Shown here piece by piece: positions 1 to 11,871 of a DNA stretch of 64,000 nt (position 1 is the first letter of the stretch; the number at the start of each line of letters is the position of its first letter). The translations under genes were made by a program, and so were the position numbers. The notes below the pieces were generated by a model, which was given only the letters and a program-made list of their open reading frames with translations, made no database searches and was not told the origin of the DNA. Where the stretch lies: the NCBI GenBank assembly GCA_903897805.1, contig CAIUCV010000005.1, positions 2,384-66,383 on the forward strand, read 5' to 3'. This DNA comes from Candidatus Yanofskybacteria bacterium (GTDB lineage: Bacteria; Patescibacteriota; Minisyncoccia; 2-02-FULL-40-12; IGHO2-01-FULL-4-A).

Positions 1-204
1 TCTCACCTCGCCCCCGAATCCGGGGCTGATTTTCATGTCATTGAGTTGAGCCGGTCCTACATAGCCCGAGATGAACTTCGGATTGCCGATTGAGGCCGTC
101 CCGTTGACGAGAACCGCGTACTTTCCCTGCGCGGCGGCCGGAATGGCCGCAACGGAGAGCAAAAGAACAACCAAAACACTGACGACGAAAAGCTTCGTTT
201 TCAT
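1..204 (-). CDS. Secreted hypothetical protein, partial (runs off window start)
   Basis: Not in the ORF track. ATG at 204 with AAGGAG SD and a TTGACT-17-TATAAT promoter; reads MKTKLFVVSVLVVLLLSVAAIPAAAQGKYAVLVNG..., a signal peptide with AxA cleavage site. Confidence 0.75.
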   Translation of the reverse strand, partial: MKTKLFVVSVLVVLLLSVAAIPAAAQGKYAVLVNGTASIGNPKFISGYVGPAQLNDMKISPGFGGEVR

Positions 205-369
205 GACCCTTCTCCTTGTTAAAGAATTGAGGGAAACTTACCCCCTTAATTACATTATACTCCAAGATACCCCCAAAGTCAATACCCCGAAAAAGCTGGA
301 TTTTAAGCCATTTTCAGGGATATATGACTACCAGCGAAAAGATGTATATTATCAACGTCCTTATTTACC

Positions 370-729
370 TCAAAAACTAATCTCAAACGCCCTAGAGATA
401 CCCTGGTAAGTGCCAAGGACTTTTAGCGGAGGGGTTAGGCAATCGGCGGAAGTCAGGGGCACAGGAGGGTTTACTTTGCCGTTTAAAAAGGTCGCGCTAT
501 TAGCCATAACCGGCGCAGTAACGGAACTATGCCTATTTACATAAAGGCACCACTCAATCGCGCTCTCGGCGGCGTAAAGCGCGGTGGATGATTTTTTGAT
601 TTCCGACGATGCTCTTATCTTCGGAATAAAAAGCAAAGAAAGAGTCAGGGCAACTGACAGCAAGAAACCAACGATAAGAACTGCGATAATAACGGCCTGC
701 CCGTCTTGAGATGATTTCATTTCCTTCAT
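370..729 (-). CDS. PilX-like minor pilin
   Basis: GQAVIIAVLIV prepilin-like N-terminus and ALYAAESAIE motif; last gene of the pilin cluster. Confidence 0.75.
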   Translation of the reverse strand: MKEMKSSQDGQAVIIAVLIVGFLLSVALTLSLLFIPKIRASSEIKKSSTALYAAESAIEWCLYVNRHSSVTAPVMANSATFLNGKVNPPVPLTSADCLTPPLKVLGTYQGISRAFEISF

Positions 730-743
730 AAAACTTCTAAAAA

Positions 744-1310
744 TTAGTACTGGTCGGATAAAAATCTCTGTGAAACAGTCGTTTGAATATCAATGCCGGC
801 CTGTTGCTGGGTCTTTTTGCTCCTTATGCTAGCCAGAATCGTAACTCTCGGCTGTTTTTGATCTCCGATCGGCGTCCCCGAAATGCAGAATTGCAGACGG
901 GTAAACTCAATGGTGTTAGAGCTGATGGTGGTCGCCGTCCCACCAACGGTTCTTTGAACCGAAGTGCCATTCAAAGAATAAACAATATTTCCATTGACCG
1001 GATGGGTAATTGACAAACTGGTGGCTGGCGACGATGGGCAATTGGTATCCGGCCCGGAAATCTTGCTAACTCGTATCTCTTTAGCCATTGATTCAAGGAT
1101 ATAATTCGCGTTTTCCTCCGCTTGCTGAATATTGAAGGCCCCTTTCTGCAGCTTAGAAGAGCTTAAAAAGACGGAACTGAAAACGGTCAAAATTATGGAA
1201 AATATTAAGAACGCCGTCAGAATTTCAATCAGCGTAAAACCGGCGTTTAGGGAAAGGTGGCTATTTGAACTTCGGATTTTGTTTGTCATTTGAGCTTTGA
1301 ATTTTGGCAT
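744..1310 (-). CDS. Type IV minor pilin (PilW/PulJ-like)
   Basis: G|FTLIEIL prepilin cleavage/methylation motif. Confidence 0.85.
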   Translation of the reverse strand: MPKFKAQMTNKIRSSNSHLSLNAGFTLIEILTAFLIFSIILTVFSSVFLSSSKLQKGAFNIQQAEENANYILESMAKEIRVSKISGPDTNCPSSPATSLSITHPVNGNIVYSLNGTSVQRTVGGTATTISSNTIEFTRLQFCISGTPIGDQKQPRVTILASIRSKKTQQQAGIDIQTTVSQRFLSDQY

Positions 1311-1820
1311 TTATTTCCAATTGAATAGGTGGTCCTCGGCGCTGACGGATTTGGAAACGCCTCTCTCGCTCCAGGTTACCGAAACCACCACCCGTTTCTC
1401 CACGCCGGAAACCGCGCTTATGGTCACGGTACGTTTAAAGATCATATCGTTGCCGGCATCATAGCTCACTAAGCCGTTGCCGCTGTCTTTTTTCAAATAC
1501 GGATCGGGTGAAAGCAAAAGCAGGGCCTGGGAGTTCCACTGGACCCTGTAACTGCCGTCGGGGATTGCGGTGCCGAAAGGATTGCCTGTATACCAGTCGC
1601 TGTCGCGGATATTTCTGACCACTTCCATCCCCTCTTGAACTAAACCGCTTGCTACAAAATTATGTTCCACCAGTGAGGCATCTTTCAGATTATTGGTCAA
1701 AAGAGAAAAAATGGCCGTGAGAGCAACGCTAAAAATAAGAAGCGAAACTAATGCTTCAACAAGGGTAAAGCCAGCATTATTAGGGTGTAGAGTATGGGGT
1801 TTAGGGTTTAGGGAAATCAT
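1311..1820 (-). CDS. Type IV minor pilin (PilV-like)
   Basis: G|FTLVEAL motif; start moved to ATG 1820, which avoids overlap with the upstream gene. Confidence 0.85.
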   Translation of the reverse strand: MISLNPKPHTLHPNNAGFTLVEALVSLLIFSVALTAIFSLLTNNLKDASLVEHNFVASGLVQEGMEVVRNIRDSDWYTGNPFGTAIPDGSYRVQWNSQALLLLSPDPYLKKDSGNGLVSYDAGNDMIFKRTVTISAVSGVEKRVVVSVTWSERGVSKSVSAEDHLFNWK

Positions 1821-1840
1821 AATTCTTTGCTCTGCTAAGA

Positions 1841-2404
1841 TCAATCGGTCAAATTTAGCTGGCCCGAGGTAGAAACATCTATCTGGGTGCAAGTTTGAGG
1901 GATGCTGCAAGTGGCTTGGCCGGTACGTTGAATGATAATCGTTGCCGTAGGAAGGGGAAGGGTTAAGGAGGCACTGTTATTTATGTAGGTCTTGGGGTCG
2001 GGCGATTCAAAAAAAATATCAAGGAAGCTAGACCTAAGTTCCATATTCTGATTGATAAGCTTCTGGGTCTGCACCACCGAGTCAATGCCGGCTTGATAAT
2101 TGTGATTGGCATCTTGGCACCTCGCCAGCCCCTCGTCCACGCCGGCATATAGAAGATAGGTAGTGTGGTCAACATAATGAATGCCATACCCGCAAAAAAT
2201 ATTCCCGTTAAAGCGGGTACCCGATAAGGCCATGGACTGGGCGTGTCTGATATCGGAAACAATTATTGAGGCGACTTGGCTGCGGGCCGTCCGGTTCCGC
2301 GCGGTGGTCCCGAAATTAAAAAACAAAGCCACCGAAAGGGTAGCGATAATTGCAGTTACCACCAAAACCTCAACTAAAGTGAAACCATTATTGTTTTTAC
2401 TCAT
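1841..2404 (-). CDS. Type IV minor pilin (FimT/GspH-like)
   Basis: MSKNNNG|FTLVEVL and SDIRHAQSMAL motifs. Confidence 0.85.
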   Translation of the reverse strand: MSKNNNGFTLVEVLVVTAIIATLSVALFFNFGTTARNRTARSQVASIIVSDIRHAQSMALSGTRFNGNIFCGYGIHYVDHTTYLLYAGVDEGLARCQDANHNYQAGIDSVVQTQKLINQNMELRSSFLDIFFESPDPKTYINNSASLTLPLPTATIIIQRTGQATCSIPQTCTQIDVSTSGQLNLTD

Positions 2405-2801
2405 ACCTCGCCTCAATTAGGTCCCCTTTTTTAATTCCCACTTTGTCCAATTCTCTGACCTTAATCAATTCGCTATTAAGATAAAAGTGCCAGTTTTTAG
2501 GACCGTTTATCGCGCCGTCAATTGAGGCAAGATTAACATCGCCGCTTTTGTCCAAAAAATACCGCAAATCAAAACCCCCGCCCCGAGAAGCAGAGTTCAG
2601 GGCCTGAAGAACGGTCATATCCTTTTCAACCGCCCCTTCAAAAGCTCTTGTTTGGCCATCGCCAAATTTAATCGTTAATCGCGCCGAATCTCCGAGGTTT
2701 GAGGCCGGCAATTTAAAAGTAACGTAGAAAAAAGAAATGCCGACAACTAAAATCAATACAACCCAGAACCAATAATTTTTAAAGGGGTAGTTTGTATTCA
2801 T
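2397..2801 (-). CDS. Membrane-anchored DUF4430-like (beta-grasp) protein
   Basis: N-terminal TM helix; TVLQAL...SIDG...WHFYLN...IKKGDLIE pattern. Confidence 0.65.
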   Translation of the reverse strand: MNTNYPFKNYWFWVVLILVVGISFFYVTFKLPASNLGDSARLTIKFGDGQTRAFEGAVEKDMTVLQALNSASRGGGFDLRYFLDKSGDVNLASIDGAINGPKNWHFYLNSELIKVRELDKVGIKKGDLIEARYE

Positions 2802-2812
2802 ATGCTCTAATT

Positions 2813-3610
2813 TTAAAACAGATTAACTTTAAAAATCAACTGCCTGAAAAACTCCGCAATTCTCTCGGAAACACCGTAATTAAAAAGGGTGGAAACAATT
2901 GCCGAAAAACAAATAAAGGCTCCGAAGGGTAGCTTAGTTTTCAAACTCCCCTTTCCTGAGAAAATAAGTATAAGGCCCACCGCCACCCCTATTATAACGG
3001 CTAGGTACAAAATAAAAACGGAATTCCAAAAACCGAAGACGAGGCCAAGTAATCCGGCAAGTTTGGCATCGCCCAGTCCGATCCCCTTGCCGTTTGAGAA
3101 GCTCCAGATCAGGAAAAAAATCAGGAACAAAAGAACTGCGTTAGCCAGATTGCCGAATGAAAAAATGGAGCCTGCTCCCGCAACTTTCCCCCCCCAAATT
3201 TCATAACAGGCGAAAGCGGCAAGGATCACCACCATCACCGAATCGGCCAAGATGAAATGCTTGAGGTCAATAAAAGCAAGTATGAGGAACGATTCCAGAA
3301 TAAAAACCCAAAAGAGCCAGTAAGCCAAACCGTATGGCGACAAAAAGAAAAATGAAACCGCGACAATTATCCCTGAACATATCTCAATCGCGGGGTAACT
3401 CCAAGAAATTTTATTCCGGCAGTAGCGACACCGGCCCAAAAGAATTAAAAAACTCAAAACCGGCACTAAGTCATACCATTTAAGAGCGTGCCCGCAATCG
3501 GGACATCGGGAGCGTCCGCTGACGAATTGCTCCCCTTTCGGCAGGCGATGGATAACTACGCCGACAAAACTGCCTACGGCAAGGCCAATGAGGAAGATAA
3601 GAAGAGTCAA
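2813..3610 (-). CDS. pilD: Prepilin peptidase
   Basis: RSRCPDC...CRYC zinc motif, GLGDAKL, LPFGAF; multi-TM. Confidence 0.95.
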   Translation of the reverse strand: MTLLIFLIGLAVGSFVGVVIHRLPKGEQFVSGRSRCPDCGHALKWYDLVPVLSFLILLGRCRYCRNKISWSYPAIEICSGIIVAVSFFFLSPYGLAYWLFWVFILESFLILAFIDLKHFILADSVMVVILAAFACYEIWGGKVAGAGSIFSFGNLANAVLLFLIFFLIWSFSNGKGIGLGDAKLAGLLGLVFGFWNSVFILYLAVIIGVAVGLILIFSGKGSLKTKLPFGAFICFSAIVSTLFNYGVSERIAEFFRQLIFKVNLF

Positions 3611-3623
3611 AAAAGTTTAGGGT

Positions 3624-4145
3624 TTATGGCTGGCCGGAATCGTAAATACAATCAGTGGCCGTGCCGGCAACACAGGTTTCAGTGGCACCATTTTGTGCGG
3701 CGCCCGACCATCCGGTTGAATTGATATCGGCATCATTAGTTAGGGCATTCATGTTTTTCTGTTCCAACTCCGCCCAAACCATCATGTGCGATGGGGTGGT
3801 TGCGGGGTTCCAAGCGTAACCATAACAATTAACGCCGCCGACCGCTGTTCCAGCGTAAGTATCGGTACAGCCGGCCGCCAGCGGGTCATGGGGTATATTA
3901 ATCAAATAGGTGGGCTTTAGGGTAGTCATTACATTGGTGGCCAAGTAAGAACCATTATCGTCAAAATACATCTCCAAAGCCGAACGGACCTGGTTGACGT
4001 CAGCAATTCGTTTGGCGTCCCTTGCCTTCGCTCTGGCAACGCCCAGCTGTAACAACAGCAAAGTCGCCAAGATTGAAATAATAGCTATAACCACCAGCAA
4101 CTCGACCAGCGTGAAACCGCGGGAACTTCTTATTTTACTAATCAC
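3624..4145 (-). CDS. pilA: Major type IV pilin
   Basis: RG|FTLVELLVVIAII...ARAKARDAKRIAD; C-terminal Cys pairs; start codon uncertain. Confidence 0.85.
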   Translation of the reverse strand: MISKIRSSRGFTLVELLVVIAIISILATLLLLQLGVARAKARDAKRIADVNQVRSALEMYFDDNGSYLATNVMTTLKPTYLINIPHDPLAAGCTDTYAGTAVGGVNCYGYAWNPATTPSHMMVWAELEQKNMNALTNDADINSTGWSGAAQNGATETCVAGTATDCIYDSGQP

Positions 4146-4289
4146 TTTTTATTTGGCACTTGGCGCAGGAAGGCACGTCCAGCAAAAACGCTAAACGCTC
4201 GCCTCACCTAAATGCTATTATACTATTAAAAGATAGTCTAAATTTATTATATGCTGGCTTGAATTTAGAGGCAAATAAGTTATGAACAC

Positions 4290-5498
4290 CTATCCTGCCC
4301 CGACCAAGCTGTATATCGGCAGCAAAACCGCCGAAACCAGACCGGCTACGCCCACGCCCAAAATCAGTATCAGCACCGGTTCTATCAACTGGGAAAGGTT
4401 CTGAACGTCATTTTCGGATTCTGTTTTATAAAATTTGAAAATATTTTCCAGCATAAAGTCAGTCCGGCCGGTTTTTTCTCCAATCGCCAGCATTGAGGTG
4501 AAAAGAGCGGGAAACTCTTTGTATTTTTCAAATATTTCGGAAATGGTCCCTCCGCCCCGGACATTTTCCACCGCCTCTGAAAGAATTCTCTTATAAATGA
4601 CATTGCCCACGACATCCGAAGTTATCGTTAGCCCCTCCAATATCGGCACGCCGGCCTTAATTAAAGTGGAGAGCGTTTCGGCAACGCGGGCAAGATAAAG
4701 ATTTCTTACCACCTTGCCAAATTGGGGCATCTTCACCTTAAAGTTATCAAACCTCTCTCTGCCTCTGGGCGTCTTGATGGAATAAAAGAAGCCAAAAACC
4801 AAGCCGATTATTATAACCAATAATGGGATTATGAATTTATTGATGAAGCCGGTTCCAGCAACAAGAATTTTAGTGGTAAACGGCAAGTCCGTCACGCCGG
4901 CATCTTTGATAATTGAAAGCAGTTGGGGCAACACCGTGGTCATCAAAATAATCGTTATCACTATCATGGCGCATAATATAAAAGCGGGATAAGTAAGCGC
5001 GCCTCTGATCTTGGAGTTTAAGCTCGAGCTTCTTTCCAAATAGTCGGCAAGATATGAAAGGGCATTCTGGAGTTTTCCTGAAACTTCGCCAGTTCTGACC
5101 AAGCTAATATAAAATTTGCCGAAAACCTTACCGTGCTCGCTAAGGGCGACGGAAAGCGAGGCGCCGCCTTCAATTGAAGACGCAATGCTTAAAATAACCT
5201 TCCTGAAAGATTCTTTTTCTACCTGGCGGGCCATAGTGTACAGTCCTTCTACAAGAGGTACGTCCGCGTCAACCAGAGTAGCCATTTGCCTCGTAAACAT
5301 AACCACGTCTTTCTTTGACGGCTTGTTAAATGCTGAAAGCAAATCTTGACCCAAAAGACCCTTTTGGACCGGCTCTAAGCTCAAAACCACCAAATTCTTT
5401 TGGTGGAGCAGGGTTACCGCCTGATCCTCGGAGGGGGCTTCAATCTTGCCCTCTACCAGCTCTCCGCTTTGTTGTTTTGCCCGATAGAGAAATTCCAT
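4290..5498 (-). CDS. pilC: Type IV pilus platform protein (GspF family)
   Basis: Two GspF repeats: GEVSGKL, ALTYPAF, GEKTGR, LIEPVLI. Confidence 0.95.
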   Translation of the reverse strand: MEFLYRAKQQSGELVEGKIEAPSEDQAVTLLHQKNLVVLSLEPVQKGLLGQDLLSAFNKPSKKDVVMFTRQMATLVDADVPLVEGLYTMARQVEKESFRKVILSIASSIEGGASLSVALSEHGKVFGKFYISLVRTGEVSGKLQNALSYLADYLERSSSLNSKIRGALTYPAFILCAMIVITIILMTTVLPQLLSIIKDAGVTDLPFTTKILVAGTGFINKFIIPLLVIIIGLVFGFFYSIKTPRGRERFDNFKVKMPQFGKVVRNLYLARVAETLSTLIKAGVPILEGLTITSDVVGNVIYKRILSEAVENVRGGGTISEIFEKYKEFPALFTSMLAIGEKTGRTDFMLENIFKFYKTESENDVQNLSQLIEPVLILILGVGVAGLVSAVLLPIYSLVGAG

Positions 5499-5502
5499 TG
5501 AT

Positions 5503-6570
5503 TTAACGAGCCAGCATTCTCAATTCAGAAGGGTTCAAAGAATAAAACTCCGCCTGCTCCGCTGATATCTCTTTCCGCCTAAGCAAATCTGCCAAAGAAC
5601 GGTTTAAGGAAATCATCCCCGCATCGGAGCCGGTATCAATTGCCAGGTTCAGCTGCTGAATTCTACCGTCCCTAATCAGATTCCTGACCGCCGTGTTGGC
5701 AATCATCAGTTCAACCGCCGGTATCAAGCCGCCTTTCGTGCGGGGGATAAGCCGTTGGGATATCACGCCGGAGATAGTGTCTGCGAGCTGGGATACGATC
5801 TGGCGCTGCTGCTCCGGAGGGAAACTGTCAATAATGCGCTGAACGGTCTGGGCGGCGTTATTCGTATGAAGCGAGGCAAAAACCAGATGTCCCGTCTCGG
5901 CGGCGGAAACGGCGGCGCTCATAGTTTCGTAATCGCGCATCTCCCCCACCATTATCACGTTTACATTCTCGCGAAAAGTTGAGCGCAGCGCCTTGCTGAA
6001 AGAAAGTGTATCTTGATACAGCTCGCGCTGGTCAATGATACTCCGGTCCGGGGAAAAGATATATTCAATCGGGTCCTCAATCGTTACTATTTTCTCCGCT
6101 CGCTCGTGGTTAATAAGGTCAATCAGCGCGGCCATGGTTGTTGACTTGCCGTGGCCATTTGGCCCGGCTACGAGGACAAAACCTTGGGAAAGCTTGCTGA
6201 AAATTTTGATGGCCAGCGGAAGATTAAGCTCTTCAATCGTTCTGATATTTTTCGGGATAAAACGAAAGGCGACTGCAAAATTTCCTCTCGTTTGATAAAC
6301 GTTAGCCCTGCAGCGAACATCGTCGTTCAGTTCATAGGCAAAGTCCAATTCTTTCTGGGCCAGAAATATCGCTTTCCGTTCTTCGCCAAGAATTGAAAAA
6401 ACAAGGTTTTCAAGAAGTTGCCTGTCAAATATCGGCTGTTCAGTAAGCGGAATCAGGCGGCTGTCAACTCTCATTGTGGGATGATGCCCGGGAGACAAAT
6501 GCAAATCCGACCCTCCTTTTTGGGCGGTCATTTCTATAAGGTCGTCTAATTGTTTTTTATAATTGTCCAT
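5503..6570 (-). CDS. pilT: Type IV pilus retraction ATPase
   Basis: SDLHL, Walker A GPNGHGKSTT, TIEDPIE, VGEMRD, AAETGHLVFASLHT. Confidence 0.93.
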   Translation of the reverse strand: MDNYKKQLDDLIEMTAQKGGSDLHLSPGHHPTMRVDSRLIPLTEQPIFDRQLLENLVFSILGEERKAIFLAQKELDFAYELNDDVRCRANVYQTRGNFAVAFRFIPKNIRTIEELNLPLAIKIFSKLSQGFVLVAGPNGHGKSTTMAALIDLINHERAEKIVTIEDPIEYIFSPDRSIIDQRELYQDTLSFSKALRSTFRENVNVIMVGEMRDYETMSAAVSAAETGHLVFASLHTNNAAQTVQRIIDSFPPEQQRQIVSQLADTISGVISQRLIPRTKGGLIPAVELMIANTAVRNLIRDGRIQQLNLAIDTGSDAGMISLNRSLADLLRRKEISAEQAEFYSLNPSELRMLAR

Positions 6571-6576
6571 CTTTAA

Positions 6577-8408
<1,832 letters not shown>

Positions 8409-8409
<1 letters not shown>

Positions 8410-8693
8410 TAAAATGGCGCAAAAATGTCCAGCCGGCCGGTTGGGCCCGGTTGGACCGGCGATTCACCGAAAGTCTTAAGAGATTTAAATCTGGCATCGT
8501 CAAAAATTGAAAAATCCAAATTAAGGTCCTTGAATTTTGAAAGCGTGTCGTCAGCTGTGACCGGCGGCGAGATTCCCACTTCGCTCCCCTGAATTGTCAT
8601 GGAGAAAAAAAGATAACCGGCGACAATGCCAATGACTATTATTGCTATCGGTATCACTTTGCTCGGATTTTCTTTGCTTGTGCCTGTTGCCAT
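8409..8693 (-). CDS. Small membrane protein at the PilP position
   Basis: One TM helix, C-terminal GRLDIFAPF; lies between pilO and pilB. Confidence 0.6.
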
Positions 8694-8710
8694 GAATAAT
8701 TAGTTAGTAG

Positions 8711-8749
8711 CCCCGACGTTCCAGTCGGGGTCCCGACCTTGCGTCGGGA
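8711..8749. repeat. Tandem double-hairpin REP-like element
   Basis: ccccgac-N-gtcgggg followed directly by tcccgac-N-gtcggga. Confidence 0.65.
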
Positions 8750-9286
8750 TTATTTAAGATTATAAGCGTTAAGTTTCACGCTGAAGTTAACCATATTCTG
8801 GCCTCCGCCGGTAGTACTTGTCGTCAGAGAACCGATAATTCCAAAAATGTCGTACAGGCGGAGATTTTGCTCTAATAATTTCAAAAAATTAACAAAAGAG
8901 GGATACTGGCCAATAACGGTAAAATCGACGAATATTTTTTTGTAGCCCGCCTCTTCCCCCGTTTCGGCTGCGGCGGCCGTTGTCATATCGGCCAAACTAA
9001 GACCGGCTTGGTTTGCTATTTGTTGGATGCTTGAAACAATCTGGTCTACCCTTTTTTGTTCCGGCATAAATGTGGTTATTTTATCAATGCCCGCCTGTCT
9101 GGCTTTGTACTGCCCGTCAAGCTCCGCAACGTTTTTCAATTCCGCATTTTTCTCTTCTATCAAGGATTGCCTGACCTGGAGAGCTGCTCTGGCATTCTCA
9201 ATGGAAGTAAACTCCGGCAAAACCAAAACAAAGAACGCGAATGCTCCTGCGGCGAAAACTATGGAGGCAATGAGGGTCCTGTTCAT
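8750..9286 (-). CDS. pilO: PilO-like pilus alignment protein
   Basis: TM helix, coiled coil, GQYPSFVNFLKLLEQNLRLYDI. Confidence 0.8.
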   Translation of the reverse strand: MNRTLIASIVFAAGAFAFFVLVLPEFTSIENARAALQVRQSLIEEKNAELKNVAELDGQYKARQAGIDKITTFMPEQKRVDQIVSSIQQIANQAGLSLADMTTAAAAETGEEAGYKKIFVDFTVIGQYPSFVNFLKLLEQNLRLYDIFGIIGSLTTSTTGGGQNMVNFSVKLNAYNLK

Positions 9287-9846
9287 TTTGATTTGATCAA
9301 AAACTTGGCTGGGTCAAATATCAATTGCATGGTGAAATCAACTTGACCGGTTGGAAGACTGGTTGCCTTATTAAGCACTATATCGGTAATGGAATCGTCG
9401 GCGTAAAAAGCGGCTATTTGTTTGGCTATGGTGGTGTAACTCGCCGCCGTGGCCTGAAAAAGTATTTTTGTCGCCGAGCTGTCTGCGTTAATGGATTTGA
9501 ATTGGACCTGCGGCTGGACTAAGCTTTGCACTTTAGAGAGGCCCTGCGACCAGAATAAATGGGAAGAGATCAGGGGGCCGATCACCGATAATTGGTTCTT
9601 TAGGTCCAGAAGTTTTTGCTCCAGTTTCTTGTCCCGGGATTTTTCCAGCGCCGCCAATTGTTCATCGGCCTGGCTCACGGAAGAAAGGATAGAATTGTTA
9701 TAAAACATAAGTCCGAGATAAATACCCAATATCGCAAGCACGAAAATCGAACTCAAAATTACGAGCCTGTTCTGCCCCGGTACCCGGACCTCTATTTTTT
9801 TCCTTGTTTCTGGGAGGAGCTGAAGTCCTCCCGTATCATCTGGCAT
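9283..9846 (-). CDS. pilN: PilN-like pilus alignment protein
   Basis: LQLLP N-terminal PilM-binding-like motif, TM helix, coiled coil; position in pilMNO. Confidence 0.75.
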   Translation of the reverse strand: MPDDTGGLQLLPETRKKIEVRVPGQNRLVILSSIFVLAILGIYLGLMFYNNSILSSVSQADEQLAALEKSRDKKLEQKLLDLKNQLSVIGPLISSHLFWSQGLSKVQSLVQPQVQFKSINADSSATKILFQATAASYTTIAKQIAAFYADDSITDIVLNKATSLPTGQVDFTMQLIFDPAKFLIKSK

Positions 9847-9895
9847 CTAAGTATATTCTAACTCATTTACGGTCTAATGTTATGCACAAGTAATC

Positions 9896-11005
9896 CTAAA
9901 CTTCTCTCATCGCCAAACCGACTGCTATGGCAAAGGTTGAATTGATTTCGGCTTGAAGGCGGACAGCCCCGGCCGGGACGATTACTCTGGCCAAAGAGTT
10001 GCCCAAAGAAACTGTCATCCCAAGCTTTTCTCCAAAATAATCGGCGAAGTTGGGCATATTGGCCAATCCTCCCACAAGCAGAACTTTTGAAATTTTGGTT
10101 TTTTTCTGGTCCTCGTAATTATGGATAGTTTTTTTGGTTTCAAAAGCCATCATATCAACCAGCGAGCTCAACGCCTCGCGTACGGCATTGTTGTCGGAAG
10201 TTTTAATGCCGAAACTTCTTTTCAGCTCCTCGGCCCGCTTCAAACTTATGCCGAGCGAACGGGCGATGGATTTGGTTATTTCAAAACCGCCGATCTCATA
10301 ATTGTGGCCCACCCTCTCAAACCCTCCGTCAACAATCAAAATAGAGGTGCTGCGCCCCCCGATATTAACAATTGCAACCGGGCTAAGGTCGTTGCCAATA
10401 AGCGCCCGGATCAGGGCGGAGTTTTCAAGCTCAAGGGCACGAAGGTTCAAACCGGCATTTTTCATTATTGACTGATAGCGGGCAATTTCTTCTTTTGGCA
10501 CAGCCACGAGAAAAATTTCAACCGTCGGTGGCCGTCCTCCCGGGGCCTGTCCCCCGCTCGGCGGAAACTGGCCCGCTTTTTCTTGGGCCACGTTTATAAT
10601 TGACCAGTCCAGCGTGACTTCGGACAAAGGAATGGGAATATATTTTCTGGCCTCAAAAGGAATGGACTTTGCTATGTCCTCTTCCGAAAGATAGGGCATT
10701 GTAATGATAGTAGCGAAAGTGGAAAAAGACGGGATTGAAGCCACTGTTTCGCGAGTGCTGATTTTGGCTCTTTTTAAAACCTCTTTCACGCCCCATGTTA
10801 GATCTCGGTCGGTTAGTTGAACGGGCTTGTCGCCGAGCGCCTGATTTGAAACCTTCACGGCCTCATCAATTGACTCCAGTTCAAAAAGCCCGTAGTTTTC
10901 CAATTTAAAGCGGCCCGACTCTTTTGACAGCTCAACAACTTTAATAGAAGAGGTGCCGATATCCACCCCTATTTTGCTTTTAGATCTAAAACCAAAAAAG
11001 GTCAT
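9896..11005 (-). CDS. pilM: Type IV pilus assembly protein PilM
   Basis: IGVDIGTSSIKVVEL, EARKYIP, VNIGGRST, LVGGLAN, AIAVGLAMR. Confidence 0.95.
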   Translation of the reverse strand: MTFFGFRSKSKIGVDIGTSSIKVVELSKESGRFKLENYGLFELESIDEAVKVSNQALGDKPVQLTDRDLTWGVKEVLKRAKISTRETVASIPSFSTFATIITMPYLSEEDIAKSIPFEARKYIPIPLSEVTLDWSIINVAQEKAGQFPPSGGQAPGGRPPTVEIFLVAVPKEEIARYQSIMKNAGLNLRALELENSALIRALIGNDLSPVAIVNIGGRSTSILIVDGGFERVGHNYEIGGFEITKSIARSLGISLKRAEELKRSFGIKTSDNNAVREALSSLVDMMAFETKKTIHNYEDQKKTKISKVLLVGGLANMPNFADYFGEKLGMTVSLGNSLARVIVPAGAVRLQAEINSTFAIAVGLAMREV

Positions 11006-11062
11006 GTATTAAAATCCTATCGCTATTGTCATTATACCACCTAAAGCGTTTAAATTGTACAC

Positions 11063-11827
11063 ATGCATACATTCAAGGGCTGGCTTTTGGATCTTCTTTT
11101 CCCCCGTCTATGCCTCGGCTGCGAGATTTCGCTGTCCGACAACAATGAATCCCACGTTTGTTCGGCTTGCCTGGCTGGCATAAAGATGAAAAACGACTTT
11201 GCCTGCGCATTTTGCAACTCGCCGGTGGTCGCCGGTACGACCTGCCCTTTTTGCAGGGCCGACCATTTTCTGGATCGGCTCTTTGTCGCAACATCTTACG
11301 AGAATCCGCTGGTACAAAAAATTATCAAGACGATGAAATACCGCTTTGTAAGGTCGTTGGCCGACGACATGGCCGGGCTTATGGCTAGATATCTTGAGCG
11401 GAGATTTTCGCTGGGTTTTAACATTGACCGCGGTTCAACTGTTGTTGTACCGGTCCCGCTTCATCGCAGGCGGTTAAACTGGCGGGGATTCAATCAGGCA
11501 GAAATTATCGGTAACGGTATCAGCTCTTATTTAAAACTAAACTTTCAGAATCTTCTCGTGCGCATCCGTAATCACGTTCCGCAGGCGCAAATAAGCGACC
11601 GCCAGTCAAGAATTGCCAACGCGACTGGAATTTCTAAATGCATGGAGCCCGAACTGGTGCAAGGCAAAACCATCCTTCTTGTGGATGACGTGGCAACTAC
11701 CGGTTCAACGCTGGATGATTGCGCCCGCGCCCTCAAGGCCGCGGGCGCAAAAGAGGTTATCGGTTTTGTTTTCGCAAGAGGAACATTTGCCTCGGATAAA
11801 AAACTATTGCAACGATCGGAAAAATAG
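11063..11827 (+). CDS. comF: Competence protein ComF
   Basis: LFPRLCLGC zinc ribbon, PVPLH...RGFNQA, LLVDDVATTGSTL. Confidence 0.93.
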   Translation: MHTFKGWLLDLLFPRLCLGCEISLSDNNESHVCSACLAGIKMKNDFACAFCNSPVVAGTTCPFCRADHFLDRLFVATSYENPLVQKIIKTMKYRFVRSLADDMAGLMARYLERRFSLGFNIDRGSTVVVPVPLHRRRLNWRGFNQAEIIGNGISSYLKLNFQNLLVRIRNHVPQAQISDRQSRIANATGISKCMEPELVQGKTILLVDDVATTGSTLDDCARALKAAGAKEVIGFVFARGTFASDKKLLQRSEK

Positions 11828-11871
11828 TTTAGATTAGGGAATAGTTCTTTATTTGTGAGGGGAGGAAAACA

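Noticed and set aside
71-409. 112-aa plus-strand ORF and 75-aa minus-strand ORF 38..265
   Set aside because: A different minus-strand frame from 204 has a promoter, SD and signal peptide.
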